A DNA stretch of 64,000 nucleotides, from positions 4,340,001 through 4,404,000 of the forward strand of contig JAYWIR010000013.1 in the NCBI GenBank assembly GCA_036172245.1. Reading direction: 5' to 3'. Position numbers and translations under genes: made by a program. Shown piece after piece: positions 11,773-24,617 of this stretch (position 1 is the first letter of the stretch; every line of letters begins with the position of its first letter). The notes beneath the pieces were generated by a model, which was not told where the DNA came from, searched no databases, and saw only the letters and a list, made by a program, of their open reading frames with translations. The DNA is from Raillietiella orientalis (lineage: Eukaryota).

Positions 11773-13136
11773 TTGCGACGGCGCGCGTCACCATGGACGA
11801 CCGGAGGCTCATGCCTTCGCAGATCCTCCTCGGTGACGTCGTCGTCTATCTCCGGTTTGCCGGGCAAACCCCCGCTTGCGGCAACTGCGGGAAGGAGGGC
11901 CACCGTCCGCGGAAGTGCCCAACACGCAGTTGCCGATACTGTAAGCTGCTCGGCCACTCGATTAACGAGTGCGCCGAGCTAAAACGAAAGAGGAGGGCGA
12001 GAAACCTCCCCGCAACATCGCCGTCCGCGCCGACTCCATCCGCCCCGTCGTCGGGGAAGAAATCAGGCGCGAACGAGGATTCTCAGCGGAGAAGTGAAAA
12101 GTCCGCTTGCGCGGGCGATTCTCGGAGCAATGCTACACAAAAACCCGCGCGAAAGGACAAGAAGCTTCTCCAGGCTGCTTTAGTGAAGCCCCGAGCGACC
12201 CAGCCCGCCGATAACATCGGGCAGGCTGCAAAACCACCGCCGCTTCCGTCCGCTCTCGCTCCGGAGCGAAATAGCGGTGGCACGCCCGGGAAGACCACCG
12301 GAGCGTCGAAAAAGGGGTCGCGCGCCCCTTTGCCCGCGACAGGCAAGCCGGCCACGGCGGGCCGAACGCCAGCAAAGGCTGAAAAGCCTCGCGCGACACC
12401 CGAGAATCCCGCCACTGTGCCCGCACCTCCCGGTAAGGAGGTGCAGAAGGCAGACGTGGCGAAGGAGACACTGGCCTCCATCGCCGTATCCGAGGCCTTG
12501 GAAAGGATGCGAAGGACCCTGGAAGCCCTCGCGCCCAACCGGGGCAAACAGGAAGGCGGCGAGGATGGCTGGACCTTCGTCGGGGGAAAGAAGGAGCGCA
12601 AACCGCGCGATCCTTCCCACTTCCCGATCAAAAAGGTAGGCGGGGTGAAGAGGCAACCCCGCGCGCCCAGAAAGGCGCAAGGAAAAGCCTCTGCTGCCGC
12701 CGCGCGCGCCGCCGCAAACACCCGCGGCGAGAGGGGAGCTGCCGAAGCCGTGACCCCGAAAGGGGGATCGGCGACGAAGGCACCCTCTAAGAGTGCTGGA
12801 CCAGCTCCGGGCTGCCAGCAAACAAAGAGGCAGGCGAAACGCCCGCCGCCGCGCGCGCGCAATTCGGACTCCGAGGTGGAGTCCGAGGGCAGCGCTAAGG
12901 CTCGCCAAGCCCCGGTCAAGGCCAGGGCTGCGCGCAAGCCAAAACTTTCCAGGCAAGAGCCTGATGCCGGGAACGGTTCCCGATGCTCCTCGGAGCCCGA
13001 GGCAAAGGTCCTCGACTCCACCGAGCCGGCCGCGAGCGGCGCGGCGGGGACAGGAAGCGCTTGCGCTACCTCATCCGCCGTGCTCCCGGCTGGTGCCTCG
13101 CCGGACGGGGCGAGGAACGCACCTCCATGTCCGTAG
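11773..13136 (+). pseudogene. F2 ORF1, N-terminally truncated (two CCHC knuckles, K/P/A-rich tail)
   Basis: CGNCGKEGHRPRKC, CRYCKLLGHSINEC. Confidence 0.88.
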
Positions 13137-13141
13137 CAGCA

Positions 13142-16100
13142 ATGCGCGGTGTTGCTTTTTCCCGTCGCGTCCGAGTGGCCTGTTGGAACGCCAACGGGCT
13201 GCAGGACAACGAGAAGAGGCGATTGGTTGCCAACGTCTTGCGCGATTTCGATCTGGCCCTGCTGCAGGAGATTCACGCACTCTCCGAGCAGCAAGCGGCC
13301 GATCTGCAAGTTCGAGCAGGCGGGACGCTCCATTGGAGGTCAGGCTCCCAGAATACCTGCGGAGTCGCATTCCTTGTCCGGGGCAGGGTGGCGGGAGCGG
13401 TGCGGAGCGTTTGTTTCGACGAGGAAGGTCGTGTGGGCCAACTTGTTCTCAAGTGGTCCGAATCGATCAACCTTGTCGTCACGAACGTGTACGCGCCGAG
13501 CGGCTCCGCGCGTCACACCGAGAAACTGGAGTTTTTCGAGAGACTGCGCGACCGCTGGCTCAGCAACTCCGGCCCCGACGTGGCTCACCTCGTAGCCGGG
13601 GACTTCAACGTCCACGCGCTATCGGAGGAGTCTCACCGTCGCCGGGAGAAACGGCTGGTGAACGAGGTGTGCGCGTCGGTGCACGCCTCGAATTTGCTGG
13701 CCGACGATCCCGGAATGCGTGCTTTGCCGGACCATGTGTTCCTCGACGATCACCTGCATTGTCGGGTGGGTCGGAGAGGTCCCGTGCCGTCCGAGCTTTC
13801 CGACCACTACAGGCTGGAGTTTGAGCTACTCCCGCCTGGCAAGGGCCCTCCGACGCACGTCTGGAGGTTGCCGGCCGACTGGTTGAGAAATCCGGTGGCT
13901 GCGGAGCACCTCCGCCAGCATCTCCGGACCTTTGCCGTTCGAGAGCTCGTGGACTGGGACGATCTGAAAAGATCGGTCCGCGAGTTCTGCAGCCGGTTCC
14001 CCTTGCACCTGCTTCCCCGTGGCTTCGGGGAAGGCGTGGCCAACAGCAGAGAGTTTCTGCAGGCCCGCCAATTCTTTCGATGCCCGGACGTCCGGTACCT
14101 TGCGGAGTACAAGGCCAAGGCCGAGCGCCAGGTCTGGCAGTCAGGAGCAGCTTGTCAGCTCGACGACCAGGGCTTGGAGTGCTCGGGCGCGGCCGAAGTT
14201 CGCCGCCTCCTAAAGCGCTATTACTCCTTGTTGTACGCTAGGGAGCCGACGGAACGCAGTCTCTCGGAGCTGCTTCTGCCGGCGGATTCCCCGGCGGTCG
14301 ACGAGGAGGAACGCGCCACTCTTGACTTGCCCTTCACGGCGGAAGAAGTGTCTACCGCCATAGCGGGCCTCAAGAAGCGCAAGGCGCCAGGTGAGGAAGG
14401 TCTGCCTGCGGAGTTCTTCCAGTGCTTCGCGGCGGAACTCATCCCCCTGGTGCTGAGGCTTTCTGCGCTGATGCGAGAGACAGGCAATGTCCCGGCCTCG
14501 TTTCGCTCAGCAAGGGTGCGTCTGTTGCCGAAAGGCGGAGACATGCGCCATTTAAGCAATTGGCGTCCCATCACCTTGGTGAATGCGGACGTCAAGTTGT
14601 TCTCCAGGCTGTGGGTCGCGCGCCTGGGCAGGATCGCTGGATCCGTGGTAAGTCCGGAGCAGTCTTACGCTGGTCCCGGGCGGTCCATGGAGGCGAACCT
14701 GTTCTTCGCGCGCACGTGGCTCGAGCTGCAACGCTGCGTGGCGCACGACAGCCAGGCAACCGCGTCTGCGGCTGCCGAGGCTAGGCGTCGCTGCATTCGG
14801 CCTGGGGAAGCGCCGGGTGCCTTGGCGGTCGCGGTCGATCTCCGCAAGGCGTTCGATTGTGTAAATCAGGATCTCCTGCTGGAGCTCCTGGAACGCCTCG
14901 GTCTCCCGGTGCACCTCGTGGCGTATCTGCGCGCTTGCTGGCGCCACGCGCTCATTTCCATCTCTTTTAGCGGCTGCCACGTGTACGGCGTGCCGGTGCG
15001 GAGGGGCATCAGGTAGGGCGACAGCTTAAGCCCGTTGCTCTTCAGCATCTTCTTTGAGTTGGTGCTGAGGGCGTACAGGCTGACGCTGGCCAACCTGCCG
15101 AACTCTTGTCCAGGAACGCCGTCCGTGGCAACCTATGCTGACGACCTGCTCCTCCTCTTACCCATGACCACCCCGGCATCCAGTCTCGAGGATTTCTTCG
15201 AGCTGATTCGCCGGGGAGCGGGCATGAGCGTAAACCGGAGCAAGAGCGTGGTCGTACCTATTGGTGCGGCGTGGGAGGGGCAGTCCGACTGGATCCGCCT
15301 GGGGATCCCGACCGCTTCCTCCGTGCAATATCTGGGCGTTCCGCTGGGGAACATCAGCCCAGTGGAAGTGTGGTCGGACTGCCTTCGGAAGGCTTCGAAT
15401 GCCCTGAGCCCGTTCCACCATGGCAGGTTCGTCTTGCCGGAGCGGGCCACGATATGGAACACCTTCGTTGCCGCTCTCTTGCGCCCCCTGCTTTTTGTTT
15501 GCCCGCCCCCCTACTCGGCCAAGCTCCAGGCGCACAGCCTGTTGAGGAACGCTCTGTGGGGACCTGCGAGGTCCAGGATCCGCCTCAAAGACTTGGCGGC
15601 TCCGCGTCGGGATGCTGGCTTAGGCATCCTGACGCTGGAGAGAATCGAGCTGCAGGTGCAGCTTCGGATGTTGGCCCTGTGCGCCAACCTTTGGTCCACT
15701 CCGTGGTGCGCTCCCGCGCGCCTGCTTCTGCGGCGCTGCACAGGCAGCGATAAACTTCTGTCGCTGCGGCCGCACACGGAGCGCGCCACGAGAAGCTTCG
15801 GTTCCCCCTTGAAACCGCTGTATCGGCTCCTGGAAGCCCAGGAATGGATCTCCTGCCGCCCAACGAACTTTGAAGCCTGGCGGCAGGAACCGTTATATGG
15901 CTGGGCAAAGCACCAGGATGTTTCCCTCCTGGAACTCCGTTGCGCTCACCTCTCCCCGTACTGCACGGTGGATGAGGTGTGCAACAGCCAGGAGAAGTGG
16001 ACCCGCCTGGCCGTCACCCCCTTCGAAGACGCACTGTCAGCCCTCAGGGCAAGAGATGACAGTTGCGAACCGGCGAGATGGGAGGTCGCCTGCACCATCG

Positions 16101-16705
16101 CAGGAACAACGCGACCTATTGGCGGCTGGAAGACTTGCGAGCTGGCGGACGCCGCCACACCTCGCCACGTTCCGAAGGGACTCCTTCGGTGGAGCGAACA
16201 CTTGAGTGTGCCCCTTGAAGAACTTGTGGTTCCTCCCTTGTGTCTGAACACTTCTGTGTTCCCCCTTTCGTGGAAGCAGGATGTGATGATGCTGGTGCAT
16301 TGGGGTTTTCACTCCAGCCAGCGCACGAACCTTGTTTCCGGGGGAGTCGTCTCCCCAAACTGTAAGCGGTGCGGGGAAGTGGAAACGCTCCCGCACCTGC
16401 TCCTGGACTGCGGTGCCCTTCTAGGACTCTGGCGGAGGCTGGCCTCAGCTCTCCTGCACCAGGGGGACACCGCGAGGGAGTTGATGCGCCGCTTCTTCAC
16501 GCCAGGCGGCCTGTCATTGGGTACTGTCGTTGCAACCGTGTGTTGCACCCGCGCCATCGACAAGGCCCACCGAGAGTTGGAGAAGCTGGCCATCCTTCGT
16601 CAGCCCACCGGATTAGCCAGCGCAAACATGTCGTCGGCTGCCCAGTGTACCCATCTGCCACAGGGCGTAAGGAGAGAGATCGCCGGCATCCATCGCCGGT
16701 TTTGA
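13142..16705 (+). pseudogene. F2 ORF2 with a single in-frame TAG at 15014-15016
   Basis: APE motifs, DLRKAFD, RRGIR*GDSLSP (CAG->TAG), YADD, CKRCGEVETLPHLLLDC. Confidence 0.93.
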
Positions 16706-16933
16706 AAGGAAGGAACGGATTTACCAAAGACCCCTGTCCCCTGCCCTCCATATTTTTCTTTTATTTTTTTATATAGTAGTGTGTTTGTGGTCCCTTCCCT
16801 CCCCTTCCGGACTTTCGGCACACCGACCTGCGTGTCGGGGATCCCACCCCCTTCGTCTCTTGTTTTCCCCTTTGTCCGGGAACCCTGTTCCCGGATAGTT
16901 TATAATAAACGCCCCAACGCACCCGGGTGACAA

Positions 16934-17393
16934 CCAGCCGCCCCCCTGCGATCCTCTCGATCTCCTGGGAGTTCTCCCCGGTGATCACGTGGATCTCCTG
17001 CAGGAGTGCCAGGTCGAAGTCACGCAGGGTGGAGGTCGTGCTACGTCTGTTGCCGTCGTCACGCATCCCGTTCACGTTACAGCAGTCCACGCGTAATTGA
17101 CGGCGACAGGCGAGCTCAGGTGTTATTACTGGGTAAGTAGCAATGGGGATCCCGCCACCTGGTCGGGCGGGACGGATAGAGGAATGGAATCACCGCGCAC
17201 CAGTTCTCCCACCTCCATGGGGGCCGATTCCTCAGCGGATCGCAACGGTTGAAGGGAGCATGCTTAACGCACCTGCTTCCCCTCTTCCATGGGGGCCGAT
17301 TCCTCGACTGCGTTGGACGACAGGGGGTAGCGGTTCTCAGCTGTCTGCTCCCCCTCTTTCATGACCATCTTCTCCGCAGGCTCCACCGGTGGT
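16934..17393 (-). mobile_element. F3 fragment: ORF1 end and APE N-terminus
   Basis: PMEEG repeats, then NVNGMRDDGNRR...LALLQEIH...IAGGRL; bounded on both sides by 3' termini of other elements. Confidence 0.85.
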
Positions 17394-17396
17394 CTA

Positions 17397-20300
17397 CACC
17401 CGGGTACGCCCGAGGCGTTTATTTTTAAAAAACTCTACATCCGCGGTACAAGGCCCCGCTCACGGCCATATGCACTGGACCTGCCGGGACGCCGGGACGC
17501 AGCCCAGCGTAGCGTTCCTCAGCAGCGAAAGGGGATGGGGATAAAACAAAAATAAAAATAAAAAATAAACAGACAAAAAGAAGTTGGAGGACAGGGAAGG
17601 GATCACTGAAAGCTGTGAAAAGGGCCCATCCGTTGAAGGAAGCCTTCAAGGTCCGTCCGTATATTCCCCAGCTGGGGCCATCCGGCAGCTCTCCGCATGA
17701 AGCGTTGGGCGTATGGGATGACATCCCTCGCGTGTGGACCCACTCCTTCGTTATTGGCGTCGCTCCATGCCGCCACGATGCCACGGACACAGCACAAGGC
17801 TGCGATGGCTGCGGCTGGCTGCAGTGCGTCCTTCACGAAGAGGGGCCGAAGAACGTCTCTGGGGGTGGTGCACGTAGGGAGCCCGAGGGTCGCCCCTAAC
17901 CGTTCCCAAAGGGGTCGGATGGCAACACAGTCCACAATAAGGTGGGAGAGCGATTCCCGCTCTCTGCACCTGACACACTCAGGATCCACATCTCCCTTTG
18001 TCCAGTGGAAGCGGCGTGCGTTGAAGGGTAAACCCCAGTGCAGCAGTAGCAACGCCGACTCTTGCCACTTAAGGGACAGGATCCTGGATTCCTTCAGTAC
18101 ACGGGCCATTTCAGCACATCCGTAGGGATGGCGAGCAGCTCGCCCCATCTCATCAATTTACGCGGCTGGACGCTCCGGGTCGTGGCGTCCGCCAGTTCTC
18201 TTATGGTCCAGCCGCTTAACATCTTCTCCCTGCCTGCGATCTGGCAGGTGACTTGCCACCTCGGCTTCTGGCAATCCTGAAGCGCCCTCAGGAGGTAGGG
18301 TATCGCCGTAGCAAGGGGGGTCGTCAACGCCCACCTGCGACTCCGGGGAAATTCCAGTATTTCCCGCAGGGCGCGGTTCATATTGTTTCCACTCCTCCGG
18401 TTCTGCTTAGCCCATGTGCCAGCAGACTCCTCCAACCAGGCGGAGGAGTTGGCGGGGCCACAAACCATCCAACCGTTCGTATTCGCCAGGGTTGCTATGC
18501 GTCCAAGCATAAGGCCGCATCTTTGGATCTTCCGGCCAGGGCACAGAAGCAACGACGCGAGTCCTTCGCATCGGGACACACGCCTGGCGAGGAGGCGGGC
18601 CGGAACGCACCAAGGGGTGCTCCACATCTTCGCTGCGATGGCGAGGGTACGCCACCGCAGCTGGATTTCCACGCGCTCCAGCGTTAGGAGGCCAAAGCGG
18701 CCGTCCCGTCGCGGAGCGCACAAGTCCTTCAGAGGGACTCGGGGCCTTCCCTTGCCTTAAAGGGCTATGCGGAGGAGGTCCTTTGTCCTCTTTTTGCATT
18801 CTCTGGGGGCGGTGCAAACAAAAAGCAAGAAGCGGAGGATGGGGTCCGCAAAAGCGTTCCAAACCGCGGCCCGTTCCGGCAAGTGAAACTTGCCTTCCAG
18901 GAACGGGCCGATCGCCGTCTCAACTTTTTGAACACAGCTGGACCACGCTTCCGCAGGGGAGTGGTCACCCAACGGCACACCAAGGTACTTGAGGCACCTC
19001 GCCGTGGGGATCCCCAGATGGACCCATTCCTGCTGCCCTGCCCACGCCGCACCTACTGGCACCACCGACGACTTCGCCCTGTTGACCTGCAGTCCGGTCC
19101 CACGGCTGAGCAGATCGAAGAAGTCTCCGACCGCCTTCGCCGGGGTGGACATAGGTAACAGGAGCAGAAGGTCGTCGGCATAGGCTGCTACGGCGGGCGT
19201 GCCGGGACACCAGCTCGGCAAGGAGGCTAAAGTCACCCTGTAGGCTCTCAGCACGAACTCAAAGTAGGTGCTGAAGAGCAGGGGACTGAGGCTATCTCCC
19301 TGTCTGATGCCCCGCCGCACCGGCACGCCATACACCTTCTGACAACTGAAAAAGATGGAGATAATGGCATTCCGCCAGCAAGAGCGCAAGTAGGTAATCA
19401 AGGAGGGTGGGAAGCCCATGCGACCCAGGAGCTCCAACGAAAGCCCCTGTTCAACACAGTCGAACGCCTTATGGAGATCGACTGCGAGCGCTAAGGCCCC
19501 CTTCCCCGCCCGGGATTCCATTCCCTGCCCTGCTGGCGGCCCCAAAGTGGGGTTGCCGATTTTTCCTTTCCCTTCCTTTTGACACCTCTGCGCGTGCATC
19601 CACGTGCTCGCGAAGAAGAGGTTGGCATCCATACTTCGCCCGGGAACAGCATATGTCTGCTCCGGGCTAATTATGGATTCTGCCACCTGCCCCAGACGCG
19701 AAGCCCATAGCCCGGCAACCTACTTGGCGTCCGTATTCACAGTCGTGATCGGACGCCAGTTGTTCAAATTCCTAAGGTCTCCCCCTTTCGGAAGGAGCCT
19801 CACTCTGGCTGACCGAAACGAGGCGGGAACATCGCCTTCGTCTCGGATCAGCCTTGTCAGCTGAAGTTGCAGGGGTGCCAGCTCTTCCGCGAAGCTCTGA
19901 TGGAACTCCGCGGGCAAGCCGTCTTCCCCTGGAGCTTTCCGCCTCTTGAGCCTTTTGATACCGGGGAGAATTTCGCCGGTGGTAAAAGGCTCATCGAGGC
20001 TTAAGGACTCCTCCTCCCCTATTGCCGCGGCACCATCCGGAAGCAAGAGCCGAGAGGCATCTTGATCCGGGGGCGCCCTGGTGTAAAGGGAGGAATGATA
20101 ACTTCGCACGAGATGCCGTACCGACGCCGGGGACGAACATTTCCGGCCCTGGTCGTCCAGCAAGCTGGCCGACCCGGATTGGCAGGCTTGGCGTTCGGCC
20201 CCGGCGCGGTACTCGGCCAGGCGACGAACATTAGGGGTTCGCTCGCACCTACGGGCCTGAAAATAGGCCCGATTTTTGCGAGGACCCTCGCCGAATCCGA

Positions 20301-20711
20301 AGGGCAGGCGGTCCAGGGGGAACTGCTCGCAGAACTTCCGGAGCGAGGCCTTGAGAAGGTCCCAATCCGTGAGACTCTGGAGCGTGACGTTTCTCAGGAA
20401 TTCGCGAAGGTGTTCCTTCGCACCTGAGAGTCGCATCCAGTCTTCCGGCAGACGCCATTCCCTGGATGGCGGTCCCTTGTCGCGAGGCCGCATCTCGAAA
20501 ATTAACCGGGGATGGTCCGACAACGTTGACGCAACCCTCCCTCGTTTGCCGACCCGTGAACACAGGTCAGCGTCGAGGAAGACGTGGTCGATGCTGCGGA
20601 CCATTCCTCTCTCACACGCAAACAAGTTGCGCGCACGCATGGCGGCGCACAACTCGTTCATCGCGTTCACTTGTGTTTCCGGCTCACCTGTTAGCAGGCG
20701 GAGATTGAAAT
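17397..20711 (-). mobile_element. F3 LINE 3' part (ORF2 from GDFN to end, 3' UTR, terminal hairpin)
   Basis: FNLRLL...SDH...DLHKAFD...YADD...CVRCRERESLSHLIVDC; terminal motif 17397-17423; continues the fragment at 26618-28934 across a nested insertion. Confidence 0.93.
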
Positions 20712-21024
20712 TTATCACCCGGTCACGCCGGGGCGTTTATTAATAATAATAAACTGGTCAGGGACAATGTCCCCAACCAAGAGAACGATAGAGAACATAG
20801 AAAAATTACCGGCACGCAGGCCTGGTAAACAAACCGCTCGCAGCGTGGGGGGAATGAGGGGAAACAAACAAAAATCAAAAACTGGAGGGAAGGGTAACGG
20901 GTTTTTGGTTAGGCTCCGTACTCACGGGGATTTATACGATGAGCACCTAAAATGTTCCGGAGCCTATGGGGACGCGGGTGTAAAAAGAAAATACAAATTT
21001 AGTTTATGGAGGGTAGGGCAATGA

Positions 21025-24000
21025 TCACCGGGTTGGCCGCTGATGAGAATGTGTAAACCGGCGGTGTATTGCGGCGAGATTCCTCTTTGTCTCCTCTGTC
21101 AAATGAGGCCATCTAGCGGATGCAACCATGTAGAAGGATGCTTTGCTGATTACCTCTTTGTGCTGTCCGTTGATTACCAACGCCTGGCGGACGGAAACTA
21201 TCGCGCGTATGCAACCGATGGTTGCAATCCTTGCGCTTAGTGAAAGCCCGCTCGGCGTGAAGAATCGTCGCAGCAAGTCTCTTGCGGTGTCCACGGGATG
21301 CAATAGTGCTGTTGCCAGCCTACGCCACAGTCTTTGTAGGACACCGCAGTCCAGAAGTAGTTGCGGAATCGACTCCGTCGATCCGCACCGAACGCAGTTC
21401 GCAGACGCAAGTCCCCCGGAGTCACGATGCCAACGCTCGTTGCACTGAAAACCCCAGTGAACGAAAAGCAGCACGACTTGTTTCCAAGCAAGGGGGAGCA
21501 GCGAACTGTCCATACACTGTGGAGGGACTACAAGTTCTTCGGGGGTGACAGCAAGTTCTTCTGCCCACCGGAGGAGTCCCTTTGCAGTAACACGAGGAGT
21601 GGCGGCGTCCGCCAACTCACTTGTCTTCCAGGTGCCAAGGAGTTTGGTTCTTCCCGCTATCGTGCAGGAAACCTCCCCCCTCGCCGGTTGGTAACTGTCG
21701 TTTCTTGCCCTGAGGGCAGACAGCGCTGCGGCAAGAGGCGTGGCAGCCAGGGTAGAAAACTTCACCTCGTCCTGCAGTACTTTTTCCAAGGATCGTGGAA
21801 AAAATTGACGCAGGATCGAAGATCTTCAGGGCGTATTCCTTGGAACGCCGCCCAGGATTCAACAGACTCCTGCCGCCAAGCTTCAAAGTTCATTGGGCGG
21901 CAGGAGATCCACGAGTGTGCTTCCAGAAGTGCGGTCAACTGCCGCAATGGAAAACCGAAACCCCGCTTCCTGTATTGAGTGCCCGGCAAAAGCGAGAGAA
22001 ATCCTCCGCTGCCGGCGCATCTCCGCAGGAGAATGCGAGCTGGCACACACAGGGGGGATGGCCATAGCTGGGCACACAGTGCCAGCAGTCGGAACTGCAC
22101 CTGCAGTCCGATTCGCTCCATTGTCAGGATACCCAAACCAGCATCCCGACGCGGAGCTGACAAATCTTTAAGGCGGATCCTGGATCTCGCCGGACCCCAG
22201 AGAGCGTTCCTGAGCAGGCGCTTAGCCCGCTGTTTTGCCGCATAGGAGGGGTCCAAAACAAAAAACAGGATACGGAGGAGGGGGGCCACAAAGGTGTTCC
22301 AAATAGTCGCCCGTTCCTGCAAGGTAAACTTGCCGTTAAAGAACGGGCTGATGGCCAACTCTGCTTTCTGAAGACAGTCCGCCCACGCTTCGGCTGCGCC
22401 GAAAGCGCCCAACGGAACGCCAAGGTACTTAAAGTACCCGCCCGTGGGGATCCCAAGGCGGATCCAGTCGGACTGCCCCTCCCACGACGTACCCACAGGA
22501 ACGACCACGCTCTTCTCTCTGTTCACGCTCACGCCCAATCCCCGACGAATCAGGTCGAAGAAATCCTCGACACTGGACGCCGGGGTGGACATGGGGAGCA
22601 GAAGAAGCAGGTCATCAGCGTAGGCGGCCACGGCAGGCGTTCCCGGGCAGGAGCTTGGCAAGTGAGACAGCGTCAGCCTGTATGCTCTTAGCACCAACTC
22701 AAAGAAGATGCTGAAGAGCAACGGGCTTAAGCTGTCGCCCTGTCGGATGGTCCTACGAACGGGAATACCATACACGCGGCAGCCGCTAAAAGTGATGCAG
22801 GTTAGCGCGTGGCGCCAGCACGCGCGCAAATACAGCAGGAGTTGCGCCGGGAACCCAAGGCGTTCCATATGCTCCAAAAGCAGCTTCTGGTTTACGCAGT
22901 CGAACGCCTTGTGGAGATCGACCGCGACCGCCAAGGAACCTGGCGTTTCCTCCTGCCGTCGGCGCCTGTTCTTTTTGCCTGCGGCAGTGACTTTCGCAGC
23001 TTCCTGGCTTTGCTGCGCCACAACTTCCTGCAGCTGCATCCATGTACGCGCGAAAAGGATGTTCGCCTCCATGGATCGTCCCGGAACCGCGTAGGTTTGT
23101 TCCGGTCTCACCACAGATTCCGCGATTCTTCCTAACCGCGCGACCCACAGCTTGGAAAACAACTTGACGTCCGAGTTCACCAAGGTGATCGGACGCCAGT
23201 TGTTAAGTTGACGCAAGTCTCCGCCTTTCGGCAGGAGACGCACCTGCGCTGAGCGGAAGGAATCCGGGACATTCCCGGATTCACTCATCAGCGTCGCGAG
23301 TTTCAGCATCAAGGGAATGAGCTCCACTGCAAAGCACTGATAAAACTCTGCAGGGAGCCCATCCTCGCCTGGCGCCTTTCTTCTCTTCAGCCCAGCGATG
23401 GCGGACGAAAATTCATCCGCCGTGAAGGGCTCGTCGAGACGTTCGCGTTCCTCCTCGCCGACAACACGAGCATCCTGAGACATGAGTATCTCAGAAAGAA
23501 TATCCTCCGTCGGGGATTCCGCGTAGAGCGAGGAGTAGTAGCGTCTCACAATGCGGCGTACTTCGGCTGGGGCCGAACATTCCTGGCCCTTGTCGTCCAA
23601 CAGGCATGCTGCTCCGGACTGCCAGACCTGGCGCTCGGCCCTCGCCTTGTACTCTGCGAGGCGCCCGACATCCGCGCGTCTCGAAAACGTGCGGGCCTGC
23701 AGAAAGTCTCTACTGTTGGCCACGCCCTCTCCGAAACCGCGTGGAAGCCGGTGCAAGGGGAATTGGCAACAGAACTCGCGGACAGATCTTTTGAGATCGT
23801 CCCAGTCCGCAAGTTCTTGAATGGCAAAGCCCCGGAGGTATCCACGTAGATGCTCCGCAGCCTCCGGTTGGCTAAGCCAATCCGCTTGCATCCTCCAGCT
23901 TTGCAACGGAGGCCCCCTGCCTGCCGGAAGGATCTCAAACTCCAACCTGTGGTGGTCAGAAAGCTCAGTCAACAATCTTCCTCTCCTACCCACACGCGAA

Positions 24001-24617
24001 TGCAGGTTTTCATCGAGGAAAACGTGATCGAGCGATCTTTCCATTCCAGGTTCGCTGACCATCAAGTTGGCGGCGTGCACGGACGCGCACATCTCGATGG
24101 GCAGCGCGCGCTCCCTCGGGCGGCTCCAATCGTGGGAGAGCAGGCGGACGTTGAAGTCCCCAGCGACGAGGTGCGCCACTTGGAAGCCGGAGTTGTTGAG
24201 CCACTGGCTCTGCACCTCACCAAAGAAAGCTACTCTTTCTTCGAGGTAGCGAGAGCCACTCGGCGCGTAGACGTTCGTAACGACGAGATCGATGGACTCG
24301 GACCACTTGATGAAAAGCTGGCCTATCCGTCCGTTGTCATCAAAACGAACACTACGCACCGCTTCCGCCATTTTTCCTCTTACGAGGAACGCGACGCTGC
24401 ACGTGTGTGCGCCGCCGCACCGCCAATGTAGCGTTCCGCCTGCGCGCTCCTCGATTTCGGCTGCCTGCTCGTCGGAGATTACGTGAATCTCCTGCAGCAG
24501 CGCGAGGTCGAAGGGGCGCAGGGCGTTGGCTACTAATCGCCTCTTCTCGTCGTTCTGCAGTCCGTTCACGTTCCAACACGTTACGGACAGACGACGAGAA
24601 GACGCGATTCCCCGCAT
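21025..24617 (-). pseudogene. F2 ORF2 with one frameshift near 21780
   Basis: 951-aa and 254-aa ORFs with APE, RT (YADD) and CVRCGSTESIPQLLLDC. Confidence 0.93.

Larger units (their letters stand above)
11773..16929 (+). mobile_element. F2 LINE, 5'-truncated in ORF1
   Basis: Begins mid-ORF1 directly after the previous element's 3' hairpin and ends at the AATAAA-hairpin 16904-16929. Confidence 0.94.

Noticed and set aside
15014..15016. Alternative genetic code or readthrough (TAG at the conserved Q of RQGD)
   Set aside because: In-frame stops in other copies replace W, E and other residues as well, are not shared between copies, and TAA, TAG and TGA all end ORFs normally. This is ordinary decay.
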